NCBI GenBank assembly: GCA_951406725.2
Contig: OX597828.1
Coordinates: 68,200,001-68,264,000 of the forward strand
DNA from: Octopus vulgaris
Lineage: Eukaryota
Direction of reading: 5' to 3'
DNA: 64,000 nt
Shown: positions 22,901-35,310 of the stretch, in pieces
Layout: each line of letters opens with the position of its first letter
How positions within the stretch are numbered: the first letter of the stretch is position 1
The notes under the pieces: model-generated
What the model was told of the DNA's origin: nothing
Seen by the model: the letters and a program-made list of their open reading frames with translations, nothing else
Database searches by the model: none
Translations under genes and position numbers: made by a program

Positions 22901-25900
22901 AACCAATTAAAAACTTACCCCCTTTTCTGTGAGGAGCTTACTGCTTTGTTCCAGAAAAGATGCAGCTTCATACCAAATGTCTGGGTGATGGCCAAGGCAT
23001 AAAAGACATTGCTCGTAGGCAAACATTACTGGAGGAACCGAGAAAGAAGAGAGGAATGTAGGTGCGTAAAAGAAAACAGGTATATAGGAATATATAGGAA
23101 TAATCCTGATAGGCAAACACGAGTGATTGAACAGAGAAAGAGAAAGGGAAAAAACACTGTAAGAATGTATAGAAATAGAGGTATATAGGAATATACATTA
23201 CAAAACAGGATGAGGGTGGAGGGGTGTCCATGAGTTTTACAAATTTTCCTGCATTGGTGAGACCAATGTAGGTATGTTCAGTTTGAACAACTGTAGGTCA
23301 ACATACCTTGTTCTGGGAAGGAAACACTGGTGTAGAGTCCGGGATGTGAGACACATCATCATCATCATTGTTTAACGTCCGCTTTCCATGCTAGCATGGG
23401 TTGGACGGTTCGACCAGGGTCTGGGAAGCCAGGAGGCTGCACCAGACCCAGTATGATCTGGCAGTGTTTCTACAGCTGGATGCCCTTCCTAATGCCAACC
23501 ACTCCGTGAGTATAGTGGGTGCTTTTTACGTGCCACCGCCACAGGTGCCAGGGGAGGCTGGCAACGGCCACGATCGGTTGGTGCTTCCAGATCAGAAATG
23601 TGAAAGAAGCACAGGGAGACAGAGACAAAGAGACAGAAAGAGATAGGATTGTTGTTCTCATTGAGCAAATCTATGATGAGAAAATCAAGGGTCAAAGAAC
23701 CAGGGGCAGGATAAAACAGTTCAGTTTTTTTATTGACATTCTATTAACACAACCAATTAAAAACAGCTTTTGGATACAAAAAAATACATTCGTAAATTTA
23801 AAGAAAACAATATTTTTAAAAATGAAACAAAAAAACTTCTTGTTTATTTTGTTACTAAGTTATAATTTTTTAAAACCATTTTTAACAGTGAAACTTGATA
23901 TAAATAATTGCAAGTAAATATTGAGTTGAAAAACTCTGTTGGATAGGAAAAGTTGAAGGCTGCCTGGAGGACTCGAACCTACAGCTGTAAACATGATAGA
24001 TAATGGTGTGAACAATTTTATAAAAGATTTACAACTAAAGTCCACCCAGGTTTGAGATTCAGTAAAATGGTTGGCAAGTGAGTAGAGACGTAGGGCTCTA
24101 GAGAGCCCTTTAATCTTGTTAAGTTTAAGGCAATCCCTCTAGAGGGAAGGAGGAAGGGAGGCAGTACAGGAGGAGGTAGAGGAGGAAGTAGAAGAGGAGG
24201 TATGTTTCAGTTTGATCTTTAGTCATCAACAGGTATCTTATCCTAGATGCACACAACACCAGGCTGGATTTGAACTGAGAACCTAGTAGATAAGTCTGTG
24301 GACAAGGTGAATAAAAGCCTTATTACCATTAATACACATTCTAAAGATGACTAGTTCCAACTCAGAGTGGTACTTTAAACAGAGCCTGGAATAAGACCAG
24401 TTCTGGCCTCCACAGAACAAATATATGGAAATGACATGGAATGATGTAAATATTAAAATTCTTTCAATTTTATTATAAAATGAGTCAAAGCTGCCTACCG
24501 CGTCTTGTAATTAATGCATGATCCTCAGTCCGTAAAGGGTTACTTTTCTCCCAAGCTATATAACGCTTCCAGAGTTCAACCTAAAATAAAGAAAAAAATA
24601 TATCACAATAGAACAAAATGAAAAAAATTAACAAAAAAGATAGAAACAGGAGATTTATTCCTCTTTACTTCAGTGTGGACTTGGTGCTGGGTGAGGTCAA
24701 TTGGGAGCAGATAGGGAAGCCGGTTAGCCGCTCTGTCAATGATCACACTCGTATGGTGCTCTTCGCACCCCGCTAGCATGGACGCTAGATTTTTGTTAGA
24801 TACAGTATATTCAGGACTAGATTTTCTGATATTCTTTTTTAAGAGAACAAGAAGGTGAACAGTTTGTGAAAGCCATATAAACTATACTCTTTTACTCTTT
24901 CACTTGTTTCAGTCATTTGACTGCGGCCATGCTGGAGCACCGCCTTTAATCGAGCAACTCGACCCCGGGACTTATTCTTTTGTAAGCCCAGTACTTATTC
25001 TATCGGTCTCTTTTGCCGAACTGCTAAGTAACGGGGACATAAACGCACCACCATCGGTTGTCAAGCAATGCTAGGGGGACAAACACACACATGCATACAT
25101 ATATACGACGGGCTTCTTTCAGTTTCTGTCTACCAAAATCCACTCACAAGGCTTTGGTCGGCCTGAGGCTATAGTAGAAGACACTTGCCCAAGGTGCCAC
25201 GCAGTGGGACTGAACCCGGAACCATGTGGTTGGTAAACAAGCTACTTACCACACAGCCACTCCTGCACCTATGTATAAAGACTATGTATAAAGATCCCCA
25301 GTGGCTCAAAAATGGTCTTGCTTATACTATTTCCATTAAATTTCACAGAGTAATCCACATTTTCCTCTTCATATGAAACAAACCAGATGACTTTCTCAGC
25401 TATGATGAACTAAATTAGACAACTTGCCTGTTTTGCTTCTTCAGGGGTATTTTGTGGGGGTACCGAGGGGGAATTCCTGTTCAACCCTCTCGTAACTGCT
25501 TCATACTCTTTGGCAACTCGTCGCGCGTTCATATAATCACGGCCTCTGTCCTCCGACATCTTTTTAGCAATTAAAGGATTTATATTCTGAAATTAAATGA
25601 AAAGAAATCAAGTTTAATTTTAAATAAATTTATAAGCAAAAAAGAGAAAAACTTCTAAGGATACAGCTGAATAGAATATTTTGTGTGATAGCTGTTAATT
25701 TTCTTTAAAAAACTGTTTTCCAGTTACTCCACTACACTCTCGGAGTGGTTGGCATTAGGAAGGGCATCCAGCTGTAGAAACTCTGCCAGATCAAGACTGG
25801 GGCCTGGTGCAGCCATCTAGTTTGCCAGCCCTCAGTCATTCGTCCAACCCATGCTAGCATGGAAAGCAGACATTAAACGATTAAACAATGATGCTCCATA

Positions 25901-28900
25901 CAAGCGATGAAACCACAACTACTGACGTAAAGAGTTTGATTATTTACGATCCACCTCACCTCCATCCCACCATTAATACATTAATACAATAGATAAGTAT
26001 TTCATTGTCTGTTGTGTCAATGAGAGGAAAAAACCCACTTGATTCCCACCTGCTAAGTCCTCCTCAGCTGTAAACAGATTCCATGAACTTTTTGAAACAT
26101 TATGCTTCGTTATTTTCAATTGTTATGTTCAAAGAACTCTTGAAGAGTCTGACATGTCCAGTGGGAAGTATCTTCTTTATTTTATCAAAGTTTAAACTTA
26201 CTGTTTCATATTGATTATAGTCTTTCCATAACAATTCAATATTGATCATTGGATTAACGACACCTCGTTGATAGACTTTCCTAACTGCTGTTATACGTTG
26301 GTTTTCGGCATACGACCCGACAGCTTCACTGAAATAAAAAAACAGACACACCTTTATCAGTACTAACTGGATTGAAGAATATTTCAAAGTACATAACTTG
26401 GTTACAACAGAGTGCCTGGCTGACTAATAGGCTGTATTTCTGATCAATAGTTAAGTTGTTAGTAATGTTATTGGTGACAACACACCAAAAAAGAAACTAC
26501 AATTTTCACCAAACTTGTCCCTCACAAGAGGAACCACTCTATGTTAGAGTTGTTCCTCGTCATGATTTTAATTAATTTGATTTTATTGAATTAACTGATT
26601 AGTTAAGGTAGTTGATAGTTCTGCTGTCTCAATAAAATTAATAGTAACAGTTTCAAATGTTGGCACATCACCAGTAATAGTGGGAAGAGTTAATCAATTA
26701 TATCGACCCCAGTGCTCAACTGGTACTTATTTTATTGACCCCAAAAGGATGAAAGGTAAAGTTGAACTTAGCAGAATTTGAACAGATACAACTTGTTTCT
26801 AATTTAACACAGAGGCATTAGAGAATTACATCAACCTGAGGAGTGTACAAAACTACTGATATCAAAATATATGTAAGAAGCATTAACTCGGAAAAAGAAG
26901 TTTGATGAAAATTATGTAGTTTAAGAAGTTGGGGTACTTACACAGATTTTAAGAAGTTTATATAATCAACCCAAATCTGGTATGACATAATATCCATTCC
27001 TACTTTATCTAAGGCAAAATCATAGGCTTGGGCCATCTTTTCTCTGAAATATACAAATATTAATTGACAATACATGATGATAAGTTAATACATTAATTTA
27101 ATTACCATAAAAACCCATGTAATTTGCACACCTGTGTAATATACAAAGGTGATTTTAAGAATAAAAATTGTAAAAAAAAAAGCTTCTACTCATGTAAGAT
27201 TCGCATCCAAAAGTTTTCAGAATTGCTGATATGACCAGAGGGAAAAAGTTTTCAATTTAGTTGTATTTAGCATAATTTCACTTACTTATGATTAGATTTT
27301 ATTAACTTTTCATTAAATAAAAATAATTTGTTTAACAGGTATTACATTAAAAGCTATAGAATTACAAAGTGTTTGTGTTGTTTATAATAAACTTTATTTT
27401 ACGTTTCTTGCCCACAAGAGATTATGTCCGACCTTTAGTATATTTCTGTATGTCTTCTCAAATCACAATCACAGGAAAAGTTGTTGATAATTCTGATCAA
27501 CAGAAACAAAGCTGATAAATATACATAAGTGTTGCAAATTAAGTTTAATTACCAATAAAGATCAGCTTAGATGACACTTTACTCAACCGACAGAGGAAGG
27601 TGACCGATCAGACTGATTATGTAAACAGAATTCTGATTGATCGAAAGTGTCTTCTCGTTTCAAGCTCTGATTTTCTGCCTATTCTTGTCAGAACCTTTGA
27701 TACAGGGTATTGAAATTTTAATCCCTTTCACACTTATAAAATGTCAAGCAAACTTTAAAATTTGTCATTACCGTTTTAGCCAGGAGACCAAACTGATAGT
27801 TTGGTAACCTGATAAAATAAACAGCTTTGCAAGTTGAACTTATTGCTTATTGAACAAGAGAGGTGCGAAATTTAAGAAGTGACTTATTAGAATATACATG
27901 TCTTTGAAGAGACATAAGCGAGAGCATCAAAAATCTTACTATACCAAAAGAACTGGTAATACATACCAGTTCATACAAGTGTTCTGTGAAGAGAACATAA
28001 GATTGCTGCATAATTCAACATGAATGTGAAACAACATTAATCATTGTATTAGGTAAATGAAGGTTTCTGTAGGAATGCTAAGTCATATTCACTTAGTGAG
28101 TTTACATGCGCAAGGATGAATTATGTTGTTGTTGGCGTTAGATGCAGTAAGAGCTGGTAGTGGCGATGTCGGTGGTGATGAATTTCATTGTCCTAACGTG
28201 GAGAAATTGAACAATAGCTTCCTGGAGACAAACACAAGCTAGACTTCGTAAGTGGAGAAAAACTGATCTATTTAAGGAAATTGCTGGGCTCCAGTGCAAT
28301 GGTTAGAAACTCCAAGCAATGTAAAATATGGCCTGGACCGTGATTACCAGCATGAACGTCAAACTTCAAAAAGTAGTTAACCATTTAATAGTTTTAGTAA
28401 ACGTTCATGCTGGTAATCACGGTCCAGGCCATATCTTACATTGCTTGTAGTTTCTACGTATCATGATGGCAAATTTTGGCACAAGGCCAGCAAGTTGAAG
28501 GAGTGGCTGAGTCAATTAAATCGACCACAGTGTTCAACTGGTGCATATTTTATCAACCCCAAAAGGATGAAAGGCAAAGTCAACCTCAGCAGAATTTGAA
28601 CTCAGAATACGGAGGCAAACAAAATGTTGCTAAGCATTTTGCCTGCCATGCTAACGATATTGTTAGTTCACTACCTTTGTTTGAAATATAATATTGACTT
28701 CATTATGAATCACTTGTTAATTATTTTTGTGTCTTACCTGTAAGAAGGCAACTTTCCCTTGGTTTCCTTTATATATGAGAGGTAGAGCTTCCACAGATCT
28801 ATATTCAGAACCTTTATTAAACAGCGCTGGAAAAGCTACAACAGAAAGGGAAACAAAAAAAAAAGTTGTTTTAAAAAAACATACAAAGCAAAGTTGAGAC

Positions 28901-31001
28901 ATCAATATTAACCTCTGAGATATCAAATGAGCTATTTAATCAATATTAACTTTTGAGATACCAACATCTTGTGTGTCTTTTTTTTATATTTTTCTCAATC
29001 CCTATCAGTCAGAAGGCCAGATACTTAGCTTCTGTGGTGTACAAGTGACCAAGATTTATGATGTATAAGTGACCAGTCTGTTGCAAGATTCAATGCCAAC
29101 AGTTTCGAGAGGACAGGATAAGTTGATTACATCAATTCCAGTACTTGACTGGTACTTTATTTTATCAACCCTGAAAGGAGGAAAGGCAGTGTAGACCTCA
29201 GATCAATAAATCTATTTGATCAATGTTAACATTTGAGGATATCAATAGATCTATTCCCTGGAATTTAATTGCTCTTGCAAACTTTCTAATTAATTTGTGA
29301 GATATATTTGTTTTTCTAAGTATCATTTGTAATACATTAAAGAGACAGACAGACTCTGTGTGTGTGTGTGTGTGTGTTTACATACATGTATACAGACACG
29401 TGTTTGTTAAGCTCTAGCTCTGACTGATACTCTCTAAAGAATACAACTTGTCTTATGGTCAGTAGCTGAACTGCCCTCCACCTCATTCAAACCCTTTCAT
29501 TCAACTGGATGAGGAAGTGGTGAGGGAACCCACCAAACCAGATTTGAAATATAACAAACAGAAGAATATTTCACAGAGAAGTGCAAGTCCAACTGTACCC
29601 GAAGAAGAGGCAGGTGCCATCGGGTTATCACATATTCTCTCACCACTTCCTCGTCCTGTTGAACGAGGTGGAGGGCAGTTCAGCCACTGACCTCCTGACC
29701 ATAAGACAAGTTGTAACCTTCAGAGGGTTCAGTGAGAGCTAAAGCTTAACAAATACACATGCATCTGTAAACATGTACACACACACACACACCTATGACC
29801 TCCCTGTGGATACAAATTTTGGATCGTTATATGTATGTATGCTTACACCTTTCACCAAGGAATAATAATGAAAGATATAAATATTGGTTTTTCAAATTTT
29901 GGCACAAGGCCAGCAATTTTTTTTTTTTTTTTTGGATAGGGTGGGAGTTAAGTCGATTATATCGACCCCAGTGCTCAGCTGGTACTTATTTTATTGATTA
30001 ACCCTTTAGTGTTTAAACCGGCCATACCAAGCCAAAATTGTCTTCCTGTTTTATCATCATCATCATTGTTCGACCGTGGTCGAGACAATGGAATTTACTA
30101 TGTTACGCCAGACTTCACGGTCCATCATAGCATTACGAAGGTCCTGTTGCTGGATGCCTGTATCCCCGGAGATTACATCAGGGTAGGAGAGAGTGTGCGC
30201 CCTCTGGTATTGCGAGTAGATGGCTTCCAGAGGAGAAGAGTAGAAATTACTTCTTTTTCAGCTCTACAACAATGTCCAGCAAACTGGACTCTCCTACCCT
30301 TCACAAGAGATGACACAGGTGGTAATTTCCCATATATTTGCATTTTGGTTGGATGGCGCTTCCATGAGAGATTTTGAGCTCTCATAAGGAGGCGAGTGTA
30401 GGTTCCATCCAACCGCCTCTCAAGCTTCTTTGATAACGTCCAGGTTTCTGAGCCATATAGTAGAATCCTGTTTTATGCTCAAACCAGCCAGCTCTGACCC
30501 CTCACACCTACCCTACAAAGTCATTCTAAAAATAAACAGGGACATCATCAAAATCTCAGAGTTACAAGATGCTGTACAATTAATTTTTAAAAATGTAATT
30601 AAACAGGCTTTACATTTGACAGAGTAATCTGAATGCTAAAGGGTTAAAGGCGAAGCTGACCTTGGCAGCATTTGAACTCTGAACGAAAAGGCATACGAAA
30701 TGCCACCGGTCATTTTACTCGGCATGCTAACGATTCTGCAAACTCACCGCTTTTACAAAAGGTATAAATATTGACAAGTAAATTGAAAACCTAATGTCTT
30801 CACATAAAAAGAGCTGTGCAGTATTTGTTGCACATATATTACACAGACATTCAGTTGTGATTCCATTGTAAATACAAGGAACCAGTGATTGACCCGACAG
30901 AAACTTATAACCAGGAATATTCTAAGTGTTTACCAATTCCAAATATGGAAAAATGAAATGTTACTTACTTTTTCAACTCTTTCATAATTTTTAGCCTTCA
31001 T
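7704..31001 (-). CDS. CSTF3: Cleavage stimulation factor 77 kDa subunit (CstF-77/su(f)), spliced gene, 18 exons in window, 5' part outside window
   Basis: 18 exons with AG acceptors and GT/GC donors join in phase to 1935 nt (644 aa + TGA). Peptides such as [57 protein letters not shown] and [13 protein letters not shown] match CstF-77 as I recall it. Confidence 0.97.
8675..8735 (-). CDS. CSTF3: CSTF3 exon ([20 protein letters not shown])
   Basis: CAG/GTAAG boundaries, 61 bp; conserved GPFV. Confidence 0.92.
9055..9268. mobile_element. Mariner-derived MITE remnant
   Basis: TGAAAATTTCCTGGTTT / AAACCAGGAAGTTTTCA TIRs; internal [13 protein letters not shown]. Confidence 0.65.
10217..10311 (-). 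CDS. CSTF3: CSTF3 exon ([32 protein letters not shown]), proline-rich region
   Basis: CAG/GTAAGT boundaries, 95 bp; a second in-frame acceptor would start the exon at 10305. Confidence 0.92.
11547..11697 (-). CDS. CSTF3: CSTF3 exon (NFSSMH...[22 protein letters not shown])
   Basis: CAG/GTAAGT boundaries, 151 bp; conserved PEYPKPD.QM.P..PR. Confidence 0.92.
12823..12927 (-). CDS. CSTF3: CSTF3 exon ([35 protein letters not shown])
   Basis: CAG/GTAAGT boundaries, 105 bp. Confidence 0.95.
13161..13257 (-). CDS. CSTF3: CSTF3 exon ([32 protein letters not shown])
   Basis: CAG/GTATT boundaries, 97 bp. Confidence 0.93.
14687..14756 (-). CDS. CSTF3: CSTF3 exon ([23 protein letters not shown])
   Basis: CAG/GTAAT boundaries, 70 bp. 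Confidence 0.95.
16828..16930 (-). CDS. CSTF3: CSTF3 exon ([34 protein letters not shown])
   Basis: CAG/GTAAA boundaries, 103 bp. Confidence 0.95.
18258..18401 (-). CDS. CSTF3: CSTF3 exon ([48 protein letters not shown])
   Basis: CAG/GTCAGT boundaries, 144 bp. Confidence 0.96.
18609..19035 (-). mobile_element. tRNA-headed element with hammerhead-bearing inverted terminal arms (Penelope-like non-autonomous element)
   Basis: Inverted arms 18609-18719 and 18894-19008, each with GACAC-CTGATGA-AGGCTG; minus-strand A box TGGTGTAGTGG (18873-18883) and B box GAGTTTGATTCC (18829-18840). Confidence 0.65.
19438..19512 (-). CDS. CSTF3: CSTF3 exon ([25 protein letters not shown])
   Basis: CAG/GTAGG boundaries, 75 bp. 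Confidence 0.95.
19826..19942 (-). CDS. CSTF3: CSTF3 exon ([39 protein letters not shown])
   Basis: AAG acceptor, GAG|GTATTC donor, 117 bp. Confidence 0.93.
21444..21524. repeat. 27-bp tandem repeat x3
   Basis: GGGCTAATGAAAGGGTCTTTGTCAGGA-like units. Confidence 0.85.
22919..23028 (-). CDS. CSTF3: CSTF3 exon ([37 protein letters not shown])
   Basis: CAG/GTAAGT boundaries, 110 bp. Confidence 0.96.
24499..24580 (-). CDS. CSTF3: CSTF3 exon ([27 protein letters not shown])
   Basis: TAG/GTAGG boundaries, 82 bp. Confidence 0.95.
25428..25586 (-). CDS. CSTF3: CSTF3 exon ([31 protein letters not shown]...[11 protein letters not shown]), GC donor
   Basis: CAG acceptor; ends CAG|GCAAGT; 159 bp, in phase with the next exon. 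Confidence 0.92.
26202..26328 (-). CDS. CSTF3: CSTF3 exon ([42 protein letters not shown])
   Basis: CAG/GTAAG boundaries, 127 bp; within ORF 26100..26387. Confidence 0.96.
26942..27043 (-). CDS. CSTF3: CSTF3 exon ([34 protein letters not shown])
   Basis: CAG/GTAAG boundaries, 102 bp. Confidence 0.96.
28738..28835 (-). CDS. CSTF3: CSTF3 exon ([33 protein letters not shown])
   Basis: TAG acceptor, GTAAG donor, 98 bp, phase-consistent. Confidence 0.95.
30056..30465 (-). mobile_element. 5'-truncated RTE-like LINE with TSD
   Basis: [16 protein letters not shown]...RRVQFAGHC; (GAT)n tail; TSD TCCTGTTTTAT. Confidence 0.8.
30969..31001 (-). CDS. CSTF3: CSTF3 exon ([11 protein letters not shown]), 33 bp
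   Basis: CAG acceptor, AAA|GTAAGT donor; aligns to vertebrate IKAKNYDKVEK. Confidence 0.92.
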
Positions 31002-34000
31002 CTGAAAAACACATGAAAAAGGAAAATAAATGGACTGATGAAGTAAAATAAGATATAAAAACATCTGCCTGGAAGAAATAATTGGATTATTCTTAACTTC
31101 TAGGCTGAGTCCAAAGACACCAAGCAAACAGGAGCAATCTGAAAGAACTTTGAGTTATTTCCCTTTAGTGATTCCTATTTACAACAAATCCTGTCACCTC
31201 CATTCAGATTGGTCTGCAGCTTAAACAACATAATAGAATCAAAAATAACCAAGTGCATTTGTATTGGACAAATAGTTTAAAGAATTCGTGTTAAAATAAT
31301 TTTTATGTATTTCTTGTCGCCTTTTCGACCAGGTTTACTTAATTCTTTAAATTTCAAAACAATAGAAAAATTTAAGCAACCCCTTAAAAGCCCCTCCAGC
31401 CACCCACCACACTTTTTGGTGGAAGGCTTAGGAGCTGTTAAGATTCACAAGCATATTTCATGTGGAAATCACCACTAATTAAAATGATCACATTTAATGA
31501 AGTAATTCTTGTAATTAAGATAATCATATATAATAAAATAGTTGCCAGTAATTAAGCCTATCATATCTAGTGAGGTAGTTGCCAGTAATTAGTAAATGAA
31601 TTAGTGTAACAATTAGTGTAACTCCTTCTGTTCCAACCTCAAACTAGGTTGCTCAATCTGCTAGAGATAGCAATGAAATCTCTCTTAAACTACAGCACAC
31701 TTAAGATGTCTGTGTGACAAGAAGCTTGCTTCCCTACCACATGGTTCCTGGTTCAGTCCCACTGCGTGACACCTTGGGCAAATGTCTTCTACTATAGCCT
31801 CAGGCCAACTAAAGCCTTGTGAGTGGATTTGGTAGACAGAAACTGAAAGAAGCCCATTGTATATGTGTGTGTGTTTTTGAGTCTGTGTTTGTTGTCCATC
31901 ACTGCTTGACAACTGGTGTTAGTGTTTACATCACCATAACTTAGTAGTTCAGCAAAAAGAAACTAACAGAATAAGTACCAGGCTTTAAAAGAAAAAATAA
32001 CACCTTGGGGTAAATTCGTTCAGCTAAAAATTCTTCAAGGCAGTGCCCCAGTATGACCACAGTCTAATGACTGAAACAAGTAAAAGCTAAAAAGATACTG
32101 GATTATGTAGTCTAATGTACACTTAAATAAAGTATGAGGTGGCCATGGGTGGAATGTCACTGATAATAGGTCTGCTCATTCAGAGTTGACTTAACAACAC
32201 AGCATCAGCACGTCTACTCCGCAACCATCTACCAAACTGCCAGAAACTGACTGGGGTAGCAAAATGAATGAAATTCAATAAGACTGAAAAATAACCAAAG
32301 TTGTTTCCCACCAGTTAAAACAATCATATTGACCCCTGGTACGTGACTGGTACTGTGAAAGGGGGAAGTTAACTTTAGTGTGATTAGAACCTAAACAATA
32401 TCAGTAAATGACTAACACAATCTTATCTCACCACATAATACTCCCTTCATTCAGTTTGTTAATAACACTAACTTAATTGTCCATCTGTCTCACCAATTAA
32501 TTCTTTCTAATTAACCATTTGAGTCTCTCGACATTTGATAATCTTTTACTTGTTTCAGTCACCAGACTACGGCCATGCTGGGGCACCAGCCAGGAAGAAT
32601 TTTAGTCAAACAAATCAACCCCAGTACTTATCTTTGTTTCGTGTTTTTTTTAAGCGTGGCACTTGTTCTATTGGTCTCTTTTGTTGAACTGTTATGTTAT
32701 GGGGATGTAAACATGCCAGTGCCTGTTGTCAAGCAGTGGTGGGGGACAAACACAGACACAAAAACACACACACGTGTGTGTGTGTTGGTGTTGGTGTGCA
32801 TGCGTGTGTGATGGACTTCTTTCAGTTTCTGTCTACCAAATCCAAGGCTGTAGTAGAAGGCACTTGCCCAAGGTGGCATGCAGTGGGGATGAATCCTGAA
32901 CCATGTAGTAGGGAACACTTGTGCCTATCACTTAACAATTAACACATTTGTGATTAAGAGTACAATAGAGCATCAAGTACTTCATGAGATCTTGATAAAC
33001 CAGTAGGCAACTTTTCCTGAAAATTCTACCTTACTATCATAGTAAAGAAAGGGCTCTTTGGATATTGTGATTTATTCAGTTAGAGCTGATCTGTGGTTAT
33101 ACAAAAACAGTTAAAACTTAAAACAAAAGGTGGATGTTCCAGAATCTTAAAATGAATATGAAACAAACATACCTTGGGATATGATGCTAGATTAACACAA
33201 TTAAATTTCATTTAATGCAGCTAGTTTTTAAACTGAAGTTATGTGACACAATGAAAAGTTAGCAACAAAATACCTTCTCTCCTGTTTAATCAATCCAAAA
33301 ATATGGAGCAGGTGTCATAGTATGAAGAGGTATTATTTGAATGGATAACTTGGTGACGATGATATAACCAATACTTCCACTTTGAATTTCTGCAGAATAT
33401 TAGTTGATGATGTATAACATGAGGAGAGAAAGTGCTCCAGTGGGATGTGCAGTTCTGAGGAGGAAAGATTGGGTTACATGACAAGCAATAAGTCTGGGGA
33501 GGGTTCATAGCAGGAACTGATGAGTGCTGGATGGATATATCAAACAGTTTAGATGGATGTGGTACAGAATAGACAAATCTAGGAAAATAGAGACTGTGTT
33601 AGTAGAAAAGACAGATGGGAACGGTTTGTTGTATAAGAAAAGTATAATCTAGAATGTGTGTACAGGATGGCTACGTCACTACAGTGCATACTTATGCACA
33701 GTCTGCATGTATGTGATAACTGTATCACTTTAGTGCATGTCTTGAACTGTGAAAGCACTATGAAGACAGATGCACCACAATAGTGCAGACTTGTACACAC
33801 TCCATGTATACATGATAGATGTGCCACTGCAGTGCAGACTTGTACAGTGAAAACAAATGCACTACATGCTAGGCAAATTTTGTACTGTGAAGACAAGTGC
33901 ACCATAACAGTGTATAATTCGTACACAAAGTGTAAAGTATTTTTTCATACTTTCATCGTGAAAGTTAATGATTAGAGAGACAAAGTGAAATGGGAAACAG

Positions 34001-35078
34001 TAAATGTAGAACTAAGGTGTGAAGGACTGCAAACCACATGATCATAGGTTCAAATATTACTCTAGCCGCTCTAGTGTGAACTTTGCTCAGTTTGGCTCAA
34101 CTTCAATAGAAAGAGCAGCCAAATATAAAAACGATTGTTAAAATAAACACAACCAACACTTCTTAGCAGATATGAAAGAAAAATCTTGTAAAATACTGTT
34201 AATGTGTAATGGATGGAGAGATGGGTGCATGCATGCATAATGTATGTGTGGATGCTGAAATGGAGCTGAAGCAAGAAAATCCTGTCTTTGACATACATTT
34301 CGATTAATGTTTAACTCTTTATTTGTGTGTTTTACATAAATATTTGTTTCAGTTAAGCAAAAGTTTTGGGGAAAACAATGGCGTGACTGGATCAAAGGGA
34401 GTTAATTCTGTGCATACCATTGAACGTCTGCCAAATTTCAGAAATATAATTTCCCCATCAAAAACCTAGCACGTGTGTGTGCGCGTGCAAGAGAGAGAGA
34501 GATGTGTTCACAAGGGACAAAACTCCACTAGCATGAACGTGTGTAGAGGATGATTGGGTAAAGAAATGCCAAATTATTTGAGAGAAAGGAAGCTCCAAAA
34601 ATGGAAAGCCAAGAAAGACAAAGGAAGATGAGGTGGAGGTTGATCGCAGGAGTCTGGACCTATGCAAGCATTGGAAAACAGCTCATATATATATATACTC
34701 TTTTACTTGTTTCAGTCATTTGACTGCGGCCATGCTGGAGCACCGCCTTTAATCGAGCAACTCGAGCCCAGGATTTATTCTTTTGTAAGCCCAGTACTTA
34801 TTCTATCGGTCTCTTTTGCCGAACCGCTAAGTAACGGGGACATAAACACACCAGCATCAGTTGTCAAGCAATGCTAAGGGGACAAACACACACACACACA
34901 CACATATATATATAAATATATACGACGGGCTTCTTTCAGTTTCTGTCTACCAAATCTGAGGCTATAGTAGAAGACACTTGCCCAAGGTGTCACACAGTGG
35001 GACTGAACCCGGAACCATGTGGTTGATAAACAAGCTACTTACCACACAGCCACTCCTGCGCCTATATATATATATAAA

Positions 35079-35310
35079 TAAGGTTGGTACATAATTATTG
35101 CGGCTTTTTTTTCAACAAAAACAATAACAGCATGTAACAAAACCGTCTTTAAATGATTATTCCGGAGCATATTCACCATCTCCTTCAATTACTGCTTCCC
35201 ATTTGCTTGGCAGACGGCCAGACTGTCATTAAATGATGTTTTTGTTAAATACTGTTATTGTCAAATAAAATTTGATGAAAAAAAGCTGCAATAATTATGC
35301 ACCAACCCAA
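35079..35310. mobile_element. Mariner-derived MITE
   Basis: TIRs GGTTGGTACATAATTATTGCGGC / GCTGCAATAATTATGCACCAACC; internal transposase C-terminus RLPSKWEAVIEGDGEY. Confidence 0.8.

Noticed and set aside
23955-23995. tRNA T-arm-like GTAGGTTCGAGTCCTCC on minus
   Set aside because: No A box, D arm or acceptor stem; not a tRNA gene.
27590-27660. GATCAGA/TCTGATT stem followed by GAAAGTGTC as a hammerhead
   Set aside because: No CUGANGA at the required position; too decayed to support.
30999-31001. ATG at the start of the 33-bp exon as the CSTF3 start codon
   Set aside because: It follows a pyrimidine tract and CAG acceptor and aligns to about residue 76 of the vertebrate protein, so it is an internal exon.
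31033-31075. CTGATGA just upstream of the 33-bp exon (plus strand)
   Set aside because: No matching stem II, GAAA or stem I.
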